In this document: positions 35,778-48,208 of the stretch, one piece after another
Layout: every line of letters starts with the position of its first letter
Position numbering within the stretch: position 1 is the stretch's first letter
Assembly (NCBI GenBank): GCA_043228905.1
Contig: JBHGNT010000011.1
Location: forward strand, 5,890,001-5,954,000
Reading direction: 5' to 3'
Origin: Azolla caroliniana
Lineage: Eukaryota > Plantae > Polypodiophyta
DNA: 64,000 nucleotides
The notes under the pieces: model-generated
Seen by the model: the letters and a program-made list of their open reading frames with translations, nothing else
What the model was told of the DNA's origin: nothing
The model's database searches: none
Made by a program: the position numbers and the translations under genes

Positions 35778-38700
35778 TGTTGAGAGACAAGCTCAACATC
35801 GGCCGGATCGGCTGAAGAAGCCGAGGACCGGATCAGTTGGGACCGATCGGTTAGGCCGTTAGGAAAGATATTCCGTGAGGAATATATTTGGGAGTTAGTG
35901 TAGTAGCTCTTAATGAGCATTGAAGTAATGTCAGTACTTCGGTCAGTCCTTCTAGGACTTGTACAAAGTGTTCATTGAACACATATATGTATTGTTGTTT
36001 TTTTCTTGAATATAACTTTCTTGTGTCTTCTCTCTCACCCTCTCCATCTCTCCCGCATATACTGTGTAAGCTCAAGCCCTCCATTAAACCTGAGTTTCCT
36101 TCCTTCTGTTCGGTCTTCATACTTGCTTCCCGATGCTACTTTTTACATGGTATCAGAGCGCAAGGGTTGAGAACCTCTCTGCAGCCGATACAGCTTGACG
36201 AAGAAGAACAAGAAGAACGATGGATAGAGGCATGGCGAGCTCGCTTCCAACAGAGAAGCTCGACAGAACCAACTACGCATCTTGGTCCTACAAGATGCAC
36301 CAGTACCTGCTCGAACACGGCTACTGGAGTTATGTCGAAGGAGCTAACGACGCGGCACCCGTATCGACACACAGAGACTTCCCATCGTGGGAGCAATCGG
36401 CGAGCAGGGTATTATACTGCTTCGCGTCGTGTGGGGGCGAACAGCTATTGAGCTATGTTCGGGATGCAAAGACGCCGAAGGGTGTGTGGGAAAATCTAAA
36501 GAAGATTTTCGCCGCGAGCACCACAGCTACGAAGCTTCAGCTCCGACAGGAGTTGAGCAACCTACGACAACGCGACTTGTCAGTGGCGGACTATACCTCG
36601 AAGATCAAGGATATCTGCAACTCCCTCGCCTCCATAGAGGTGAACATGGAGGAGAGCGAGATGGTCCAGATCTGTCTCGGAGGTTTGGCATCGAAGTTCG
36701 GAGCATTCCGAACGGTTGTGTGTACCCAGGAGAATACCCCGTCCTTTTTCGACTTACAGTCAATGCTCCTGGTAGAGGAGAACCACGCGGGTGCGTCTAC
36801 AAGCACGCACACCGACAACCAAATGTTGTACACAGAGGGAGATAGGCCTTGTGGACGTGGAGGACGAGGCGAGTCGGCGCGCAATGGAGGCGGCTGACGA
36901 GATCAAGGAAGAAGGCACCGAAGTGATGCCGACAGCAACTCCGGACCCTCTTGAAACAGGGGGAGTCGAAGCGATGAGAACCGGCAAGGGAAGGCCATCG
37001 CGGAGTGCTGGTACTATGGCAAGAAAGGCCACAGGGAAAGTGAGTGCTGCAAGAAGCGCGCCGATTCGGAGAGAACCGGTTCCGGAAACGGCTCCGGACA
37101 TACCGACAACGGAAATCGGCAGCGATCGCACTACGCCGAAGACTCTGGGAGAGCCGGAGAATGGTCTGTCTTCGTGACGAGACACGAAGCAAACTCAATG
37201 AAACGGACCACCCCGCGATCGGACGAGGTGTGGTAGGTAGACTCCGGCGCGTCAAACCACATGACGAGCCATATGGAGTGGTTCTCGTACCTTGCAAAAC
37301 CGATACAACCTGGAGCAGTCGCAACTGGAGACGACACTCCACATCCGATCGCGAATGTCGGAGAAGTTCCCCTTAGCCATGTCAGGCAGAATTTTGTGAA
37401 GCCTGCCAGCTCAGGAAGCAACACCGACTTCCTTTCCCCAACGAGCGAAACCGGAGCCGGAACAAGCTCGACCTTATACACTCCGATGTATGGGGGCCGG
37501 CACAAAACGTTAGTCTTGCCGGGAGCCGATATTTCGTCTTCTTCATCGACGACCACACGCGGCACACGTGGATCTACCTCATTGAGAGGAAGAGTGAAGT
37601 CTTTGATTGTTTCCAGGACCTCAAAGGGTTCGTGGAAACGGAAACGGGACGAAAGATCAAGTGCTTGTGGTCGGATTGCGGGAAAGAGTACTTTTCTGGT
37701 CAATTCAACGGTTATCTACAACAAATGGGAATTCGGCGCGAATTCAGTTGTAGATACACGCAGGAGCAGAACGGCGTGGCCGAGAGGAAGAATCGGTCAG
37801 TTGTGGAAGCGGCACGGGCAATGCTGGAGGAGAAGCGCTTGCCCAAGTTCTACTGGGCCGAGGCGGTAAGGACTGCGGTATACATCCAGAACCGGATCGG
37901 AGACAAAGTGTCGTTGCACGAGCTATATTTCGGAACGAAGCCGAACTTGCGACACTTGAGGGTGTTCGATAGCATTGCGTATGTGCATTTACCGAAAGAG
38001 AAAAGGAGGAAGCTGGACACAAAGGCCGAGAAATGCATCTTGGTCAGTTACTTGGACAAGTAGAAGGGTTATAAGTGCTATAACGCTCGCACCAAACAAG
38101 CGTGTGTCAGCCGCGACGTTGTGTTTGACGAGTCCGCGTCCTGGTACCTGCCCCCGACTCCGAACCCTGCCCCCAATCCGAGCTTTGACGATGAGGTCAG
38201 CGAAGCCGAGATGCCTCCGGATGAGCCCGAAATCGAGACCCGCAAAGAGAGTCCGATTTCACTCCGTTTAAGTGGACCGATTGGACGACTGTGTCCGTAC
38301 GATCAGTCCGATGAAGAGCCGGCGAATAGTGGAGACTCGGCCGTGCATTCCCCGCGCAGGAAGCTGAGGAGACGGCTTACGCACAAAGAGAAAGGGAAGA
38401 AGAAGGTGTCGGATTCCGGCACGGATAGGAACGAGCCAGACCGACGCGAGTCCGACTCCGAGGGAACCAGTGACGGGTCTTTAAAAGTGAAGTCCGCGTC
38501 GACCGAGAAGGCCTCGACATTGGCTAATGCGAGATTACGCCGATCTACCCGCTAGAAGAATCCTATTTCGCGGTTCGGATACAACGAGTACATGGCGTAT
38601 CATTATGCGTACATGACCCGTGTAGCGGAAGTGCGTGAGCGAGAGAGCTACGCAGAAGCGGCTAAAGACGCGACTTGGCATGCCGCGATGGTGAAAGAGA

Positions 38701-41028
38701 TGCACGCATTGGCGGAGAACGAGACCTGCGACCTGGTTGACGCACCAAGAGGGGTAAAACCGATCGGGTATAGGTGGGTGTACAAAGTCAACCGGTACAA
38801 GGCTTGGCTAGTGGCAAAGGGCTTCACGCAGAAACACGGCATCGACTACGATGAGACATTTGCGCCAGTCGCGAAAATGACGACCGTCCGGATTTTGCTC
38901 ACAGTAGCCACGGCCAAGGGGTGGCACCTACATCAAATGGATGTAAACAATGCGTTCCTGCAAGGTGACCTTGAGGAACAGGTGTACATGGTACAGCCCC
39001 CCGGATTTCACTCCGGAACGAACTCCTCGGCAGTATGCCGATTGAAGAAGTCCCTTTACGGATTGAAGCAAGCCCTGCGTGCCTGGAACGCGAAGATCAC
39101 GCAACAACTGAGTGGGATGGGCTTCATCACGACAAAATTGGACCCTTCCCTATTCATCCGGAAAGGTCAACTCGGACCGGTTAGTATTTTACTATATGTT
39201 GATGATGTGGTCATCACCGGCGCCGACCTAGGTGAAATCGACCGCGTGAAGCTCCAGCTTGCAGCATCGTTCGACATGAAGGATATGGGGGACCTTCATT
39301 AATTCCTCGGGATCGAAGTGATATGTACCCCCGAAGGCATATTGATCAGCCAACTTCATTACGTGTTGGGTATGCTCTTCAAACTCGGGATGGCCGACTG
39401 TAAGTCCATCTCGACTCCTCTGGACAGAACCGTCAAGCTTCGTCCTGATACAGGAAAGGTATGCGACCTGACGAGGTTCCGACAAATTGTCGGAAGCCTC
39501 ATATACTTGACCATCACCCGACCCGACCTCAGTTATCTGGTTGGGGTGATCAGTCAGTTCATGGCGCGACCTACCGAGCACCTTCAGTGTGCGCAACGCA
39601 TACTGCAGTACGTAAGCGACACTAAGGACCGCGGACTGCTATATCGGACCGGTGCAGTCGCGGAGTTAGTCAGCTACACCGATGCTGATTGGGCTGGCAT
39701 CGCCGCCGATCGCCGATCCACGTCCGGATACGCGTTCTCCCTCGAGAGTGTCGCGATCGCGTAGAGCAATAAGAAGCAGCCGACAATTGCCTTGTGGAGC
39801 ACTGAAGCTGAGTACCGAGGAGCGGCTGCCGCGACATGCAAAGCCATATGGTTGAAGCGACTACTTAAGGACCTGCAAGAGGAGGTGTCAGATCCGACGA
39901 CGATCTACTGCGACAACCTCAGCAGCATCCAGCTCGGGAAGAACCCCGTTTTCCATGCATTGACCAAGCACATTGAGGTGCACTACCATTTCGTCCGTGA
40001 GCATGTCCTTTCCGGTGAAGTTGAACTTCAGTATGTTCCGACGGATCGGCAGATTGCCGACATCGTCACCAAGCCTCTTGGTCTGGACAAGTTGCGGCAA
40101 TTCTCAGGTGCGCTCGGATTGCGTCACCTCGACGTGCCAAACTTGAGGGGGAGAACAGTCCCGAATGACCAAGCAAGGCAGCAGGAAAGGAGCGGAGACC
40201 ACGACACCGAGTCGGTTGTCGAGTTCGACTTCGGATCGGCTGAAGAAGCCGAGGACAGACCCGCGGAAAAGTCCGGAAGCGGACAGAAGGGGAGCAGCCG
40301 AAGGAGAGAGCCGAAGCCAACCACGCATGGAGAAGATGACGCCATCGAAGACGAGTTGGAGACAGCCAACTCGAACGAGAGAGAAAACCGATCGGAGGTA
40401 GCCGAGTCGGTTCGGATGTTTGATTCAGACACGTTGAATCAGCCGAGGCCCAAGCGGAAGAAAAGGCAGCAGAAGAAGTGTCGACACCGCAACAGTAGAA
40501 GAGCTGATAAGGGCCACATGAGCAGACAAGCCGACCAGAAGGGTCGAAGCGCGCGGAGTTGAACAGGTCGAGGAGCGCGAGCGAGGCGTGAAGCCAGGTG
40601 GAACAGGAGCTGTGAGCCCAAAGATCCCGAAGAGCCTCAAGTTGAGCTTGAGGGGGAGTGTTGAGAGACAAGCTCAACATCGGTCGGATCGTCTGAAGAA
40701 GCCGAGGACCGGATCGGTTGGGACCAATCGGTTAGGCCGTTAGGAAAGATATTCCGTGAGGAATATATTTGGGAGTTAGTGTAGGAGCTCTTAATGAGCA
40801 TTGAAGTACTGTCAGTACTTCGGTCAGTCCTTCTAGGACTTGTACAAAGTGTTCATTGAACACATATATGTATTGTTGTTTTTTTCTTGAATATAACTTT
40901 CTTGTGTCTTCTCTCTCACCCTCTCCGTCTCTCCCGCATATACTGTGTAAGCTCAAGCTCTCCATTAAACCTGAGTTTCCTTCCTTCTGTTCGGTCTTCA
41001 GACTTGCTTCCGCACGCTACTTTTTACA
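35778..41028 (+). mobile_element. Ty1/copia family C element (degenerate, internal deletion)
   Basis: LTRs 35778-36147 and 40659-41028, TSD GGGTC/GGGCC, PBS 36148-36159; gag, IN, RT and RH with stops; deletion at ~37390. Confidence 0.93.
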
Positions 41029-42715
41029 GGGCCGCATGGTCGCTCATGCCCGTTCGTGTTCCTGTTCCCGGTGAGGGCCTCACAGGGCCTCACACCTGTT
41101 GATATTTGTGTTCCAATCCTACGCGAGGACAACACATGGTCGCTCATGCCTGTTGGTGTCAAATACCTCGTCTTGTGGAAGGGTTACTCCTTGGAAGGAT
41201 TTACAAAATACTTTTGAGGTGATCTAAGATTTTCATCAACAATATCCCCTAAAGCCGACAAACGATTTGGGAAGGCATCATTGGAGGGGGGATAATGTCA
41301 TGATTCGAACTCTTGGCATGACCAAGTTATAATCGAATGTTATGTGTTAACCACACATCTAACATACAATCATGTATAGACTTCCTCATTGTAGGTTTTA
41401 GCTAGCATCATGTGCATAATTTCTCCCTTGTATTATTTACACTTGGCACATGCATGCGTACCTACTGCCTACATGCTCTATTGTATCACATGCGTGCAAC
41501 AGGTATGCATGCCACTTAGTATAAATAGTTGAGTTCACCTTGAAGGAATTCAAGGTGAACAACGCCAGTCATGGACATATCAATCTAGTATTCTCATTTC
41601 GCCCATCTTCTCTCCTTAATCTTCATCTCTATCTTTATGCTCTTGTGTCATTCCATCATCGCTCCATCGTAGCCTCATCATCCGTGCTCTGTCTTAGTCC
41701 GCATTTGGTGTGTCCGTGACAACGGGACTGATCTGCTTCCGTGTACAGCATCCAGCTATCAATGGGTGCGCTAGTTGACGCACCGGCGTGGTTCTCCTCT
41801 ACAAGGAGCATCGACTATATGTCGAAAAATGACGGTGTATTCTCCCTTGGATATACCGCCGTTTGGAACGCTCTGAACTTCGACGCCCGGCCCCCAAGAC
41901 AGACCTGTACCATCTCGTCTTCCTCTGCGGTAACGTTGATAGAGGCAAGCGAGTCACAGATCTCTTTGATCCGGGCCGTGTAATCCGCCACCGACATGTC
42001 CTTCAGTCGGACATTGCTCAACTCTTGTCGGAGTTGCAGCTTCCGGGCTGTAGTGCTCGCGGTGAAAACCTTCTTCAGGTTTCCCCAAGCCTCCTTCGGC
42101 GTCTTGGTGTCTTGGATGTGGCTCAACAACCGGTCTCCGACACTGGATGCGAAGCCGTACATCACTCTGCTTGCCGATTGTTCCCACACTGGGAAATCCT
42201 TATGTGTTGCATAAGGTGTTGTTTCGTTAGCTCCTTTGATGAAACTCCATTAGCCATGCCCAAGCAGGTACTGGTGCATCTTGTACGACCAAGATGTGTA
42301 ATTGGATCTATCGAGTTTCTCCACAGGGAGCGAGCTAGCCATTCCTCTATCCATCACTTCTCTGTCTGTTGTTCTTACGACCTATTAGGGTTTTCTTTCA
42401 AGCGTTTGTTGGCTGCAGAGGTTCTCAACCCTCTCGCTCTGATACCATGTAAACGATTACTTGCGGAAGAGTTAGAAAACAGAGAAAGTAGAGAATACAC
42501 AGAGTACACAGGAGAGACAGAGAGAGTAGAACGTAAAAGTTATATTCAAAACAATATAAACACTTTGTGTATACAACTATGCTCAGTAGCACAATTTATA
42601 CAAGTCCTCATGGGATTGACAAAAGTACCGTGTACATCAATGCTCACACGAGCATCTGACACTTACTACGAGACTATAACTGCCTAGTTAGTCTAAACTA
42701 ATACTAGGCTTCCGG

Positions 42716-45667
42716 TGTCGCGTTACTACGAGCGTGCGTGGAGAAACGAGGCGGGACCACCGGGGTCTTGAACCGAAGAGCAGGTGATAGGAGGGGAAAG
42801 AGAAAGAGAGGGACGAACGGTTACGTATGAGCAAAGAAACACAGGGACACGGCCTGTCAACGCAGAAAACACGAATGGACACAGAGACAGAGAGACACGA
42901 ATGTTCGTATATTAACAAATGACACAAAACAACAGAGCACGCGAGCAGTTACAACCGAACAGGACGGCGAACAGATGTTGATGCCTGCTCGTTTGCGCAC
43001 GAAAGGGGATAGGATGGAGGTGTTGTCGGAAGCACACGGGCGTTCCTCGAAGCAGCGCGAGCCTCCCGAAATCCTGCAGAGAAGAGCGATGGAGAATGAA
43101 CAAAGGAGAAGCGTTCGGTTACGGTCCGACAGCACTTCGTCCTCCTCAATCCGCGATCCCCTCTCCCCGCGTCTCCCTCTCCTTTATAGCTTCAAGAAGG
43201 GAGCCGTTTCCCTCATTAACTTCCTACCTACCGAATCTAACTACCTAGGATATACCTTTGTACCTAATCCTCTATTATATACATTAGAGGGCGCGCACGC
43301 GTGAAGAGCCGGTTCGCGCGCGCTATGCACCGATTGCGCTAAGGGACGGTTTTCTTCACGACATCCGCCCCCACCTAACCGCGCATCCACCGGTATGCGC
43401 CAAAATTGGGTTCTGGTTGGAGAAAACCAGTCCGGGTTCCGGTTCCTCGTCCATCGGTTCGTCCTCTGTTTCAGACTGTTCGTCGTCGCTCTCCAGGCCT
43501 CTTACATCCGGTTCGCCATCGTGGCACTTCTTGAACGCCTTGATCCGCTTCCCTGCTACCGGTATCGCCATCCTCGTATCGTCGAGTTCTGCCAGGTGAT
43601 ACGTCTCGTTGTCGTTGGCACTCGTTACCATGTAAGGCCCGAACCACCGCTTTGCAAACTTCCGTGTTGCCCGGTGCTGGTTGTCGAGGTTGTTGTCGTA
43701 GACTAACACCCAGTCGCCTTCCTCGATTTTCTTTGGTCAGAGCCAGTGCGTTCGGTCGAACCAGGCTTTGTTCCTCATCCTCGCCGTCCGAAGTCTCTCC
43801 GCCGCTTGTTCCACGTCCCCTGGCCTCCGCTCGAGCTGCCGTATACGTGCCGCTAGCAGTTCTTCCCGGCTCATCTCGTCTCTCCAGTCCATTGTCGCCC
43901 AAGAGGAGATCGTCCGTTCTATCGGCATGATCGGCTTCTGTCCGAACATGAGCTCTGACGGCATGAACCCGGTTACCGAACTGTGCATTGTCCGGTCCGC
44001 CCACAAGGCATAAGGTAACAGTCATGGCCAGTTCCCGACCTGGCCTCCGCATGCCCGGACTAGCGCTTTGATGATCAGTCCGTGTCCGTGCTCCACCTTC
44101 CCGTTCGCCTCCGGATTGTACGTTGTGGTGAGCGAGAGCTTGACCCCTAATCGGTCGAACAGCTCCTCGACCTCTTCGGCGTCCAACTCCCCGTGGTCAG
44201 CCACGATCTTCCCGACGCACCCGTACCAACATATCACGTCCTCGATCAGGAACCGACACACGGCCGCAGTCGTTTTGTTCTGCAGGGCTCGACCTTCCAC
44301 CTGGTTCGTCAGGTCCTCCCGGGCCTCTGTATAGGCCCCGTCTTCTACATCTAGGGAGGCTTCTTCCTCCGCATCCTTCGATCGCCTCCGGCCCGTCTCC
44401 ATAACAAGCCCTCCTTCGGCTCCGATTTTCGCCTTCACAAGCTCGCATGCCTCCCGTATTAGCACCTCTAGGTCGAGCTCCTCCGAACCGTTTTGTGTTG
44501 AGCTCTCTTCCGACAGTAGTGCGTACCCACTCACCGCTCTCTCTTCTCCACCGCTCGCGGGCCGTGTTGTGGTCGACCGCCTCGCATCATGTTGCCGGCA
44601 CCCCCACCGATCAAACTCATGTCGACCTCTTCCTTCCGGTTCCGTGTACCCGTACGCCTCCAATAGGGCTCCCTCAAAGGACACCCAAGACTCATGAGCT
44701 TCTCGTAGCTCCTTGACCTCCTTGTGCACCGATACGGCCGCCACTCGAGGAAAATACTCTAGCCGCATTGCCTCGTCTACGCCCCCTTTCGCCATCTCGG
44801 CATCGTACGCTTCCAAGAACCTCGGGACATCGTCCCCGTTGAATCGGCCGACTCGATCGACCACCCTCTCGATGGCTTGTTGAGCCGCATCTCGCCTCGC
44901 CTTTTTCCGTCGCGCATCCATCATGATCTTTGCCATCATCTCCTCGAAGTCGAAGTCTTCTTCAATCTCCATGCTCCCTTGCCGCCCTTCACGTCGGGTT
45001 CACCAAAGATGTCGCGTTGTTACGCACGTGCGTGTGGAAGGGGCGGGACCACGGGGGTCTTGGACTAGGGAGAAGAGGAGAAAGGTTAAGACAACGAATT
45101 GAAGATTAGCTCATAGATCAAGAGGAGAAGAGAACGAATATGACATTATGATAGAAGAAGATGAAGAAGATGGAGTCAAGATACTCAACAAGAAGTTCGA
45201 TTAAGAAAACATAAACGCTTTACAATGGTGGCCGCCATGGCCGCACCAAACGACTATAAGAAAACCCTAACCGAACCCTAACGCTCGACCTATGTGGTAT
45301 ACCTCGCACACTCAAAATAGGCAACCCCCACAATGGTGCCTTCTCTCTCCTTTTATAGCACAAGGAGGGAAGATCGTTTACAAAAGTGAGACTAAAATAT
45401 CCCCTTTTTTTCAAAGGGGATATTTGCCTTGATTTGGAGGAGGGTGAGATTGATGGCCCCTTAACTCCCACCTCCTCACAAACGACTAGGTACCTATGTA
45501 CCGCATAGTACCTCTCTCTCTCTCTCTCCCGTGGATGTGCGTACAACCACATCACCTTTATACCTTTATTACTATTACAAATACATTATGTACGTGTGCA
45601 ACGTTGCACATCGCTCTTTGGCTCTCGTTGCTCGGGTTTCCTCTTGTGGACGAAAATCTTCACGACA
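42716..45667 (-). mobile_element. Deleted non-chromoviral Ty3/gypsy element, tRNA-Trp primed, 4-bp TSD
   Basis: 5' LTR 45010-45667; 3' LTR 42716-43363; TSD CCGG/CCAG; gag fragment fused to integrase core (YNPEANGKVE, WFGPY); PPT 43364-43380. Confidence 0.85.
44988..45005 (-). other. PBS complementary to the tRNA-Trp 3' end
   Basis: Plus strand TTCACGTCGGGTTCACCA matches the 3' 18 nt of plant tRNA-Trp as recalled; 4 nt from the LTR. Confidence 0.8.
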
Positions 45668-45802
45668 CCAGTTACCGATTGGATCCAGCTCACCGGCTCT
45701 GTTGCTTGCCGGCTTGGTTGCTCACCGGCTTACCGATCCGTCTCGCTCACCGGCTCAGGCTTATCCAGCCGATCCGGCTCCAGTTGAGCTTGCCGCTCAA
45801 CA

Positions 45803-46639
45803 TCCATCAAGCCCATCACCCACCTTACCGGAGCCAGACGTCCAATTACCAAAAAAATACAAAGAGTTTCTAGACGTCTTTGATAAGGTGAAGGCAAATA
45901 CACTGCCAGAGCATAGGCCATACGACTGCCCTATTAACTTACAGCCATGGAAAGAACCGCCATGGGGGCCAATTTATAATCTCTCTCCTGTCGAGCTAGA
46001 GACTTTGCGAGAATATATCGAGGAGAATCTTGCAAACAGATTCATCCGGCATTCTAGATCCCCTGATGGTGCACCTATCATCTTTGTTAAGAAGAAAAAC
46101 GGGTCTTTTCGGTTGGTCGTGGATTATCGAGGGTTGAACAAAGTGACTATCCGGAATAGATATGCTCTACCCTTGATCCCAAACCTTTTGGAACGTCTCA
46201 GTGGAGCAAAATATTTCACAAAATTGGACCTTCGCAGTGCATACAATTTAGTTCGGATTCGCCCAGGGGACAAATGGAAAACTGTTTTTCGTACTAGTTA
46301 TGGACATTTCGAGTATACCATGATGCCATTCGGTCTCACAAATGCGCCTGCAGTGTTCCAACATATGGCGAATGATATTTTTTGAGATTTTCTCGATATC
46401 TTTACTATAGTTTATCTAGATGACATTTTGATCTACTCGAAGACTGAAGAGGAGCATGATAAACATGTTCATCAGGTATTACGTCGACTATGAGAATATG
46501 GTCTCTACGCAAAATTAGAAAAGTGCAGTTTCGGTCAGAACCAAGTGGAGTTTTTGGGGTATGTTGTATCATCAACTGGTATCTCTATGGACCCAATGAA
46601 GGTTCAAACCATTTTAGATTGGCAAACACCCCTTTCCGT
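45803..46639 (+). pseudogene. pol: Chromovirus reverse transcriptase (N-terminal part)
   Basis: [59 protein letters not shown]. Confidence 0.93.
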
Positions 46640-47232
46640 TGTCGTGAAGATTTTCGGCAATGGTGTGAAAATCACATAAAACATACAAAATCGAGTATGA
46701 ATCACATAAAATAATAATAGTGAAGATAATATTTTAAATAAGTTTAATATCTAAGTACAAAATGATGGAGGTCTTCAAGAGCTTTCGAATGCACTTTATT
46801 ACACGAGAAATGGACAACTAGATGTCAAAATATGAGGGTATAAAGTTTGTGAAAGGAAAAGAGAAAACTTTCAGATATCCCACATAGGCACGAAAAATAT
46901 GGCTCTCATCATATATAAGGTAGAGCAAAAGCTATTATCTTTGTGTCTATGTGTGGAGCATAGAGAGTTCAAGGTAACTTGAACTAAGAGTGGAGGTGGC
47001 CTAGCCACTTGTAAAGGTTTTGGCCAACCAATACTGGACCGACGATAGAGCCGGTGATCCGGCGGCATCCGGCAAAGCGACGGTGGCACACTGGCAACCG
47101 GTGATCCAACAAAGCCGGCGAGCTGGTGGATCCGACATCTGGTGGCAACCGACGAGGCGACAACATCTGGCGAACCGGCAACTAGATAAATAAATATATA
47201 AGTATATATACATATACAAGGAGGGCAAGTAA

Positions 47233-47286
47233 GGATTTGAACCTTGCACCTCCAAGTTAGGAGTTAATTGGCTTACCACTAAGCCA
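47233..47286 (-). promoter_or_regulatory. tRNA-like Pol III A box and B box inside the solo LTR
   Basis: TGGCTTAGTGG (A box) and GGTTCAAATCC (B box) 32 nt apart; D-arm GGCT/AGCC and T-arm AAGG/CCTT; no acceptor stem. Confidence 0.6.
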
Positions 47287-48208
47287 AGATATTTAGTTGA
47301 AATTATATTTCTATCATCGTACTTTTACATGTAAATTCTTATGCATGAGAGCTAAAATGAGTGACATGGGGTGAAAGCATGAGAGTGGAAACAATTAGCT
47401 ATGTCCTTGACATAGCTAATTAGCTATGCAAAAAGCTACCATTGATAAATAGTCATTTTAGCAAAAAACCATCATTAATAAATTAACTATGCAAAAAACT
47501 ACCATTGAAAATACTAGAGTGTTTTAATTACATATGTAAATGAGCACCATAAATGTGCAACATAAACGTGCAACATAAATTGATATGTGCACCATAAATG
47601 TGTACCATAAATTATATATCGAATTCCTAAGTCCATTATGCATGATCCTTTGCCACATCACGTAGGCCATCTCTAGTTGAGTATTGTGGGTTAGTTGCTA
47701 CCACTGTTGCTAAACCCTATCGAGTCCACCTGCCGCCACTCTACACTCAGTGGGCCGCTACTGTGAAGGTCGTGTATTGCTGCCACTTTTCGACCCAATG
47801 GCGTTAACAACTCCACTGCCGCCATTCTACTCTCAGTTGCCTTCTCTGTGCGTTCCAAGCATCATCGGTAATTGTTCAATCTGACGGGGTTCTCTCCTCC
47901 ATTGCCATCACTCTACACTCAGTTGCCGCTATTGTCCAGTCCTGGATTGCTTCCACATTTTGATTTGACGGAGTTCACTCATCCAACGGCAACATTCTAC
48001 ACTCAGTTGTCGCCATTGGTTGGTCCTAAATCGCCTCCTCAACTCTTCGATCCAACGGAGTGAACTCCTCAATTTTTCGGTCTTGGATTGCAATAATTTT
48101 TCTATTTATTGATTATCTTGTGTATTGTTGTGTCTAATCTTGTGTATTGTTGTTGCCCATAGCCATCTTAAATACTTGTTTTTTTTTCTGGAAATTTAGG
48201 GTTTTAAT

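Larger units (their letters stand above)
34803..41721 (+). mobile_element. Non-autonomous chromovirus-derived mini LTR element (TRIM-like, ~1.7 kb without the nested copia)
   Basis: LTRs 34803-35227 and 41296-41721, TSD ACAGG/ACGGG, PPT GGAGGGGGGATAA, self-complementary PBS 35229-35240, no gag/pol, chromodomain relic KYLVLWKGYSLE near 41161. Confidence 0.88.
16243..45802 (-). mobile_element. Ty1/copia element E (degenerate), host of further nests
   Basis: 3' LTR 16243-16681; 5' LTR 42448-45802 (split by 42716-45667); TSD TCCAT; iMet PBS 42436-42447; gag ~41730-42350; IN/RT/RH fragments 16700-18720 and 32742-34800. Confidence 0.92.

Noticed and set aside
35230-35920. Thr/Pro-rich or env-like ORFs in the mini element
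   Set aside because: Short, frame-inconsistent translations of tandem repeats and a pyrimidine tract.
47225-47290. Functional tRNA gene
   Set aside because: No acceptor stem and a poor anticodon stem; kept only as a tRNA-like promoter relic.
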